Shown here: positions 28,913 through 36,701 of the stretch, piece after piece
Numbering within the stretch: the first letter of the stretch is position 1
Layout of the letters: every line of letters begins with the position of its first letter
From: an uncultured virus (IMG/VR IMGVR_UViG_3300042861_002374)
Taxonomy: Varidnaviria > Bamfordvirae
Reading direction: 5' to 3' (one strand)
DNA: 64,000 bases
Virus record (IMG/VR): IMGVR_UViG_3300042861_002374
Made by a program: the position numbers and the translations under genes
The notes under the pieces: generated by a model
The model's database searches: none
Seen by the model: the letters and a program-made list of their open reading frames with translations, nothing else
Told to the model about the DNA's origin: nothing

Positions 28913-31807
28913 ATCAAAATCTGCATTAAATCCCTTTGTAACAGATAAATTTATCCTAAATGTCTTGAAATTCATTATTATAACTTGCATTGCAAGCATG
29001 CTTGACTTGTGAAGTGTTGGCTGTCGATTTAGTAATACATAATCTCCATTTTGCAAAGGGCGATCAACAATCCATCCAAGTGATACTTTGTAACTTCTAT
29101 TAGAAACTTTTAAATTTGTGATAAACTGTCCATCGCGTTCTACCTGATCTGATTCTTGTATCAACTCCCTACCATCTACAACTTTTATCAACTCACCTGC
29201 TCTGTGAATAATATCACCATGCATTAAACGAGTACCATGACGAAAACGTTTTAGATCTATTACTGTCTCGCTATCTGGTTTCCACAAAGATTTAATTTTT
29301 CCATCGTCAATCAATTTTTGCATCTCTTCAATGTTGAATTCTGTAACGCGAATTGGAGAAGTCAAAATTTTTGCAATCTCTTCTGGTACACCTAACTCTC
29401 CCATTCGCAATGTAGGATCTGGACCAATCACTGTACGCGCTGTTTGATCACAATTATGTGTAATAGTAGCATCCCCTAGTAAAAAACGATTATTTTTATC
29501 TACTTCAAAACCATAATATTTTCCAATACCATCCTCTACTACTTTGATGTTATAACAAGACATATCTTTTTTAGACGGAGCATAACATTTCTTATGTGGA
29601 AGAAGAGTCGGAATATTTTCAATACCAGCACCTGATATAACTAATTTCAACGCGTTTCCATGTTGTTTTCCATCTTTATTAGTCCATGATGTTTTCTTGT
29701 TAGTCACCGAAGTTCTAAATCCTAGAGATATTGCTATACGCTGTGCCCCATCGATAATTTGTTTGTGATCATAGCATTGAGTTATCGCAATTGTTGTTCC
29801 ATCATTTTCAACTGTGCCATCTGTGTCAATTAAACCAGCTAAAACAAGAAGCCTCGTATTAACATCATTAATAATATAATCTTCAGGAATATGCTTGTTA
29901 CTAACAAGATCATATTCTTTCAATTTTTGTGTCAGAGGATTACAATTATATTCCTTCTTATTAGTTGAAGATATATAAAAATGTATACATTTATCTTTTT
30001 TATAGTTGGAAATCTTACCTCCATTATTAGATGCCCACAAATTCCAATAATTTATTAGTTCTTCATCTATAGAAGTAAATAATGGATCTCTTGCACTACC
30101 ATCTCCTAACCACATTCCTAAAATTCGTGGGTCAAGACTTACAGGTTTGTGTTCCCATTGAATAGGTGTATTTAATTTAACACCTAGCATTAAACGACGA
30201 TCAGTCTCCGGTAATGATAAATAATCTTTAACATGAATATCAATAATAGGATTAACGTCAATAGTGTTTCTGATTTGTTCCATCTCTTCTAATGCTTGTT
30301 CTTTCGTTAATCCAAGAACAACTGCGACTTCAATTGATTTCTTACTCCCATCATCTGTATAATTTAAACGAAAAGTTCCATATGTTTTTCTCTTCTCATT
30401 CCATGTAATTTTTTTATCTTTATCTAGCTTTAGTAAATCTCTTCTTTCCTCTACCTCTTTCAATGCATCATCTTTTGTTTTTGGTGGAATAACAGATACT
30501 CTTTTTACGTGAATCTTTTTATCACTTCTTTCATACCATTTCATAACCCAAGACCCATTTTTACCTAAATTTTCTCTCCAATTGATACAAGCATGTCCAC
30601 AATATTTAAGTGTTAAAATATGTTCGCAACTAATACCATAGTCGTCTCCATTTGATTGTATGACTTTATAAAGCGAACTAGTACCGCTAACCGTATCTAT
30701 CACAGTTCGTGGAGTGCCGTCATCTCCAATAACTATATCTCCAATTTTTATTTGTTCTACTGGTTTAGGTAAACCAGTGTTATACATTAATATTGGAGTA
30801 TTTTCTGTGCAGGCTCTCTTGCCCATCATGTTGTTTCTTATCTGTCCGTCTTTTCCTGTTAGGCGTTCTTTAATACCCTTGATTGGACGTCCATTTGTAG
30901 TGTGCTTTGCTTTTCCCTGACCGTTGTTGAATGTCGTAAGGATACGAAAACGTAAACTTGCTAAAGCGCGCTGACGAAAAGTATCTCCTTTATCTCTTTT
31001 CCTTGATTTTTGGTTACTTTCACATTCTTCATCTTCTTCAATCAAGTTGTTATTTGCTTTAATGATTTCAATATATTGAATTGTTAAGTCATCATCACAT
31101 AACTTATTGTCTGCGCGTACGTATGGCCTATCACATGGTGGAAGCACTGGAAGAACAGAAATAATAAAATTACGCGGATGACAAAGAGCTGGATCAAATC
31201 CTAATAATTCAACATCATTGTTTGAAATATTGTCAAAAACCTTTTTTATTTCCTCTGTTGTTAAAATAATACTAGTCTTATTTTTCTTTCCGTCTTCGTA
31301 CACTAAAGAAAAACTGCTATCTAGTGCAGTGAATTTGATTTTTGGTCGATCCTTACCACATATGATCGGATCTCCATTATCGTCAATTTTACCAGTATGT
31401 TGACAACACATGTCAACCTTTTTTATTTTTTCCAAAATTTTGGAAAAACGTGATTCTCCTTTGTATCTGGATAGTCCGCATATAGAAATTTGATCTTCTT
31501 GTAAAATTAATCTGTAACATTTTAAACAAAAACAATTCAAAAACGCAGTTACTCTTTTGTAATAAAGAGGGTGTACTATAGGTTCATTTAACTCAATATA
31601 TCCAAAATGTCCAGGACATTCTGAAGCATTTTCCTTACACGTTTCACATTTCATAGTTGAATCGGTTGTTCCCATCCTTGGATCATAAATACTACCAATA
31701 CCAGTCTTTTTTGCATTATCAACTTTACAGACTGCCATGCTTAAAATTTCTTCTGGTGAATATATACCAAATGTTATTGATTCAATTTCCCTAGTATCAT
31801 GATTCAT
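28913..31807 (-). CDS. rpb1: RNA polymerase largest subunit (N-terminal half of split Rpb1), exon 1, intein-containing
   Basis: CETC...CPGHFG Zn site, LPVLPPCDRP, RLTGKDGQIRNNMMGKR, NRQPTLH, FNADFD. Confidence 0.96.
29453..30814 (-). mobile_element. Intein (454 aa, residues 332-785) with a LAGLIDADG homing endonuclease
   Basis: Interrupts MMGKR/CDQTARTVIG; block A ACTENTPILM, block B ISCEHIL, LGMWLGDG and LAGLIDTDG, block F YYGFEVD, C-terminal THN followed by Cys+1. Confidence 0.93.
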
Positions 31808-31843
31808 AGTTCTATTTTTTATAAAAAAAAATTATATACATTT

Positions 31844-31851
31844 TCAATTTT
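31844..31851 (-). promoter_or_regulatory. AAAATTGA early-promoter-like motif upstream of rpb1
   Basis: TCAATTTT on the plus strand, 37 nt upstream of the ATG at 31807. Confidence 0.7.
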
Positions 31852-31881
31852 AATTTTAAAATACAATCTTTATAAAATTTT

Positions 31882-32312
31882 TATTACTGGTAAATTGAAA
31901 TTAGGTCAAGAGAAATCAAACAAAGAACTATAGAATAAATTTCAACAAAAACATGAATTTATAACAGAAAAACTAGAGGATTATAAGAGAATGACAATGT
32001 TGTATATATAATGTCACACGTTGCTTTCAACACCAGCGTTTAAAAACCGATTAGCATCATACAACACAGGTGCGCCACAAGATTATAAAGTTTATTATCT
32101 TATCAGAGATGGATGAAGAAAACACACATTCACAAAAATGTACAAATTATATGGTAAATTAATTCTAAAATGGATTGTCAAGTATGAAAAAGATCTTGGT
32201 ATAACAAAAACTTGTATTAAAAAGATTAAACAAAAATCAACTAAATTTTACGGAAATAGGAAAAAATTACGACGTAGACAGTACAAGCCCTGTTAGCTGG
32301 ATTTCATAATTA
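31882..32312 (+). pseudogene. Collapsed, internally deleted relic of the KilA-N/T5orf172 gene family (compare 34771..36564)
   Basis: Ordered blocks match about 35215-35280, 35455-35475, 35535-35610, 35897-35930, 36362-36438 and 36492-36590; no long ORF remains. Confidence 0.85.
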
Positions 32313-32381
32313 TAAATTTGTAATAAAATTTTGTTACAAATTAGTTTTATCTAATCATTCCGAACTTTTTGTTTGGAATGA

Positions 32382-32455
32382 TGGACCTGGACGGACTCGA
32401 ACCGTCGACCTTCGGCTCATAAGACCGATGCTCTAACCAACTGAGCTACAAGTCC
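32382..32455 (-). tRNA. trnI: tRNA-Ile (anticodon UAU)
   Basis: GGACTTG TA GCTC AGTTGGTTA GAGC A TCGGT CTTATGA GCCGA AGGTC GACGG TTCGAGT CCGTC CAGGTCC A forms a full cloverleaf; no intron. Confidence 0.95.
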
Positions 32456-32605
32456 CCAAAGTTTTTCTGTGTGTAGTTTTTTTCTAAAAAATTGAATTTT
32501 TGATGGATATACACAACTTTGGGGACTAAATATCAGAGACCTACCTAAAACTTATCATTTTCATCTCCTCTACTATATAGAAATACTATCTTTAAATCTA
32601 ATTTT

Positions 32606-33103
32606 TTAATATTTTTTGTGCAAAGTAGCTCTAAGACATTCACGATGAAAACTATCGTCAAAAGATATCAGATATTCAGCTGTTATAGGATAAGTGTCTT
32701 CTAAAATTCTTTTAGCCTTAATTGGTTTATCTTCTCCGAAAGGTAAAAGTTCTTTAAACTTGTATGTTTCTTGTAAGTTTCTAAGTCCTACTCCGTATGA
32801 GGGGAGTGTGTCTTCTCCGGCGAAACTAGCACTAAATTGTAAATCTTTTTTAATCAAAGAGAGTTCGTGAAACTGTTCATTTAATAATTGTAATTGTTCT
32901 CGTAACACCGGATTATTTGCTTTGCATATTTTTACGTGTTTATGTAATGATGATTTTAATGTAAATACTGTAGTGCAAAAACAACATTCATATTCTTTTT
33001 CTACACGTTTATTTTGCTTGATTAAACAGTATTTTGCAGTCTTTTGATGTTGTTTTAACGATAATGATGTTTTTAAAATAGCTTTACAATGCACACACTC
33101 CAT
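32606..33103 (-). CDS. Short zinc-finger protein related to the repeat-family N-terminus (possibly truncated)
   Basis: MECVHC...HQKTAKYC and CCFC...HVKIC fingers similar to the 14700 and 45750 genes, without their conserved C-terminal domain. Confidence 0.65.
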   Translation of the reverse strand: MECVHCKAILKTSLSLKQHQKTAKYCLIKQNKRVEKEYECCFCTTVFTLKSSLHKHVKICKANNPVLREQLQLLNEQFHELSLIKKDLQFSASFAGEDTLPSYGVGLRNLQETYKFKELLPFGEDKPIKAKRILEDTYPITAEYLISFDDSFHRECLRATLHKKY

Positions 33104-33231
33104 TTTAATAGATGAAATTGTATATTTAAATATACTTTGGTTAATAATGAAATTTCATCATAAATTACATTTAGTAATTTATTGAACAAATATTTAAAAT
33201 TCACTGTGAAGTTTTATAAAAGACGTAATCT

Positions 33232-33825
33232 TTAGGTGCACACACATGCATACATTGAGTTCCCACAGTCAATACACATTTTAAGATTTCGTCGACAAGT
33301 TGGACATGGTATTCCTTCTTTTTTCACATCCATACATCCATATACTTCTGATTGTTCCAACTTACTTTTAACATAAGTATTCAGACAGGGTAAGCAAAAT
33401 CTGTGACCACAAGTTGTTTCTTCCATAAGATGAAGTTGTACTTCTCGTAAACATATAGCACATTTTTCCTCTGGACTTACAATTCTTCCAGCTGGACAGG
33501 AATCTATACACACAGAGTGATATTGACAAATATATTGTTTTTTTAGTCCTGATTCAAGTTCTTCTAAAGTTGAAAAGCAAAAAGTGTTGTTATTATCAAC
33601 ATCTCTAAAGTGAACGCATCTTTTAGAATATTCACTTTTTATACTTGGAGACCATTCAAAATGAAATTTAGGTCTTGAGTATGTCAAATCATCGCTAAAT
33701 TTCTTAATAAAAACTGATCCTTTTTTACTACATATGTAAAAAAAACGAATCAAAAATAAACTATAATTATTATAGTCGTAATCTAAAATTTCTTCAAAAG
33801 TTTCCTTAGTAATTTGACTTGTCAT
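33232..33825 (-). CDS. RING finger (C3HC4) protein, putative E3 ligase
   Basis: CAIC...CGHRFCLPC...CPTCR. Confidence 0.88.
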   Translation of the reverse strand: MTSQITKETFEEILDYDYNNYSLFLIRFFYICSKKGSVFIKKFSDDLTYSRPKFHFEWSPSIKSEYSKRCVHFRDVDNNNTFCFSTLEELESGLKKQYICQYHSVCIDSCPAGRIVSPEEKCAICLREVQLHLMEETTCGHRFCLPCLNTYVKSKLEQSEVYGCMDVKKEGIPCPTCRRNLKMCIDCGNSMYACVCT

Positions 33826-34054
33826 TTATTATATAAATTTGTAATAAAATTTTGTTACAAATTATTAAGCCCGTAGGTATACGTAGCACTAAATCAAACC
33901 GGAGATTCTTTAGTAATTTGACTTGTCATAAATTTGTAATATTTTTTTACAAATTATTAAAAGACTATGTACTCTTTTTTTGATAAAAAATCAGAATTAA
34001 TTGATGTTGGTACACGGCTTGAATAAATTATTTCGAACAAAATGTTCGAAATAA

Positions 34055-34076
34055 TGAACCAGTCGGGGATTGAACC
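34055..34076 (-). pseudogene. tRNA-Lys 3' fragment (T loop + acceptor 3' strand) with its own 3' hairpin
   Basis: GGTTCAATCCCCGACTGGTTCA is nearly identical to the adjacent tRNA-Lys 3' end; hairpin at 34027-34055. Confidence 0.7.
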
Positions 34077-34099
34077 ATTTTGAACATTTTTCTTCAAAA

Positions 34100-34175
34100 T
34101 GGTGAACCAGGTGGGGATTGAACCCACGACCACGCGGTTAAAAGCCGCGCGCTCTACCTGCTGAGCTACTGGTCC
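34100..34175 (-). tRNA. trnK: tRNA-Lys (anticodon UUU), followed by CCA in the DNA
   Basis: GGACCAG TA GCTC AGCAGGTA GAGC G CGCGG CTTTTAA CCGCG TGGTC GTGGG TTCAATC CCCAC CTGGTTC A CCA forms a full cloverleaf. Confidence 0.95.
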
Positions 34176-34770
34176 CCAAAGTTTATCTGTGTACAGTTTT
34201 TCTCAATAAAAAGTTGATTTTTTTATTTTGCTGGATGTACACAACTTTGGGGACTTCACTTTCTCTCTTGTCCTCCTCCTCTCTACTATATAAAACCTTA
34301 TCTTTAAATCAATTTTATTTTTTCAAACTCAAATTGTAGCAAAAATTTGTAAATTACTTTTTAACTATTTGCAATCAAAATTTGTGTGATCACAATGTTG
34401 AATACTTTCATTCAAGGTCTAGAAAAGAATTAAGCATTTTCCCTTAAAAACGTTATAAACTTGTAATATTAATTAATATTACAAAATAATCATAAACTAA
34501 ATATTTTTAAAAAATGAAATCGGTGAGCTGAACCCACGACCACTAGTTTTTGAATAATTTTGTGAGTTCAATCCCCTCAACCAATAATTAACTTTTCTGA
34601 ATCATTCCGAACTTTTGTTTGAAATGAACTTGGTAGTGATTAAACTTGCTTAAAAGACTTAAAAGATGTGTACATATGAGATCAGCAACGTGGTGTATAA
34701 TGTCATACTTTTCTTTCACTAAGCACATCTCCAATCTAAAGATTTCTATTTATATAAATAGAAAACTGAA

Positions 34771-36564
34771 ATGTCAAGAAAGCCTCCTACCAAAGATCTT
34801 TTCTTGTCAAATAATAGACTCGAAGTCTTTAAATCAAATATTACTAAAGTTGATGATAATTTTTTTAATTGTCCTCTTACTTTAATAAATGGTGATACTA
34901 TGAATATTCCTATGAGAAATGATGGATATATTAACGCTACTTTATTATGTACTGCTGGAGGGAAATTATTTTCTAATTGGTATCAAAATAAACAAACCAA
35001 AGATTTGATAAACGCTTTAGAAAGTGATAAAGAAAATTCTAATATTAGTAAAAATAAAGAAATTCTAAATATTGGAATTCCAGTTTTTAAAAGTATAGAA
35101 GTAACTAAAGGCAGATATGGAGGTTCTTGGATTCATCCTGACTTGGCTATTCAATTAGCACAATGGATATCACCACAATTTGCAATTAAAGTTTCTCGTT
35201 GGATGAGAGAGTTGTTACTTTTTGGTAAAGTTGAATTAGGTCAAGAGAAATCAATCAAAGAACTAGAGAATAAATTTCAGGAGCAAATTAAGCTATTGAC
35301 TCAAGAAAAACAACAAGCTATAAAAGAGAAAGAAGAAGTTATACTAGAAAAAGCAACTATTACTCGTCGTCTCTCATCAGTAATGCAAAATCATAACAAG
35401 ATGCTTAAAAGACGTAGAAGAGGAGTATACGAGATTGGCAACGTTGTCTATATATTGTCACACGTGGCTTTCACTACTTACTACCAAGACGACTATTATA
35501 AAATAGGTATGTCAACACAATCAGCAAGTGAGACAACACCAGCGTTTAAAAACCGATTATCATCATATAAAACAGGCGCACCACAAGATTATAAAGTTCA
35601 TTATCTTATCTACGTCGAGAATAACAAATTAATTGAAGATATACTCAAACTAAAATTCAAAGATCAGCTTAATCCAAGCAATGGAGAATGGATAAAAGGT
35701 GTAAAATTAGAAGATATAATAAAGTCTATTAGACATTTATGTGAGTATATTGGTTTGCCGTATAAAGAACACAGTATAATGAAGAATAAAAATATTGTAG
35801 ATGATGGAAAAATATTGGATGAAGAGGATGAAGAGGATAAAGAGGATATAGAGGAAACAGAACTTTTGACTAATAAGTTTACTGAAATAGAATTTATAGA
35901 GACGGATGAAGAAAACACAGATTCAGAACAAGAGGACGAGGAGGACGTGGAGCATGTAAAGATTGACAGTGAAGAATCAGAGGTAAAACAAGTAGAAATG
36001 ATAGAGGAGATTGAAAAGTACGATGCAAAGCAATTAACAAAAATGCTATTACAATTTGGATTAAAAGTGTCCGGAAACAAGGATGAAAAAAAGGCACAAA
36101 TTCGTGAATACGCTAAGAAAAATAACACAATTGTAGAAGAATATATTTCAAATGTAATGGAAAAAGAAAAACAAAATTTTTGTATTGATTGCAAAACTGA
36201 AATAACTTATAAGGCAGCTAGGTGCGAGTGCTGTTATAAAAAATCATCCAGAGTTGTAATAGATAGACCAGATTATGAAACATTAAAAAAGCAATATCAA
36301 GATTGTGGTAAAAATATGACTGTATTAGCGGAAATGTACAAAATATCTAACAATGCTCTTAAAAAGTGGTTTGTTAAATATGAAAAGGAACTTGGTATAA
36401 AAGAAAGTTGTCTTAAAAAGATTAAAGAAAAAACAACTATAAAAAAGCCAAGTGACGAAGAACTTTCAAAAGATAGATACGTGTTAAAACTAAATTTTAC
36501 GGAAATAGGCAAAAAATACGAGATTGATAGAAGTACAGCTAAAGATTGGATTTCTAAGTTATAA
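34771..36564 (+). CDS. KilA-N + T5orf172/GIY-YIG-like + SAP-like + Zn-ribbon/HTH multidomain protein
   Basis: DGYINATLLC...GSWIHPDLAIQLAQWISP (KilA-N); VYIL...YKIGMS...RLSSYKTG...NGEWI (T5orf172); CIDC...CECC; C-terminal HTH-like repeats. Confidence 0.88.
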   Translation: MSRKPPTKDLFLSNNRLEVFKSNITKVDDNFFNCPLTLINGDTMNIPMRNDGYINATLLCTAGGKLFSNWYQNKQTKDLINALESDKENSNISKNKEILNIGIPVFKSIEVTKGRYGGSWIHPDLAIQLAQWISPQFAIKVSRWMRELLLFGKVELGQEKSIKELENKFQEQIKLLTQEKQQAIKEKEEVILEKATITRRLSSVMQNHNKMLKRRRRGVYEIGNVVYILSHVAFTTYYQDDYYKIGMSTQSASETTPAFKNRLSSYKTGAPQDYKVHYLIYVENNKLIEDILKLKFKDQLNPSNGEWIKGVKLEDIIKSIRHLCEYIGLPYKEHSIMKNKNIVDDGKILDEEDEEDKEDIEETELLTNKFTEIEFIETDEENTDSEQEDEEDVEHVKIDSEESEVKQVEMIEEIEKYDAKQLTKMLLQFGLKVSGNKDEKKAQIREYAKKNNTIVEEYISNVMEKEKQNFCIDCKTEITYKAARCECCYKKSSRVVIDRPDYETLKKQYQDCGKNMTVLAEMYKISNNALKKWFVKYEKELGIKESCLKKIKEKTTIKKPSDEELSKDRYVLKLNFTEIGKKYEIDRSTAKDWISKL

Positions 36565-36701
36565 ATTTGTAATAAATATTGTTACAAATTATTTTATACT
36601 TGATTCTTAAAAATGGTTGTGTATCTTGGATATTTATTATAAATTATTTGTATAATATTCTTACAATAACAAAAGTTAATTTTTATTATAAATATGATTA
36701 A

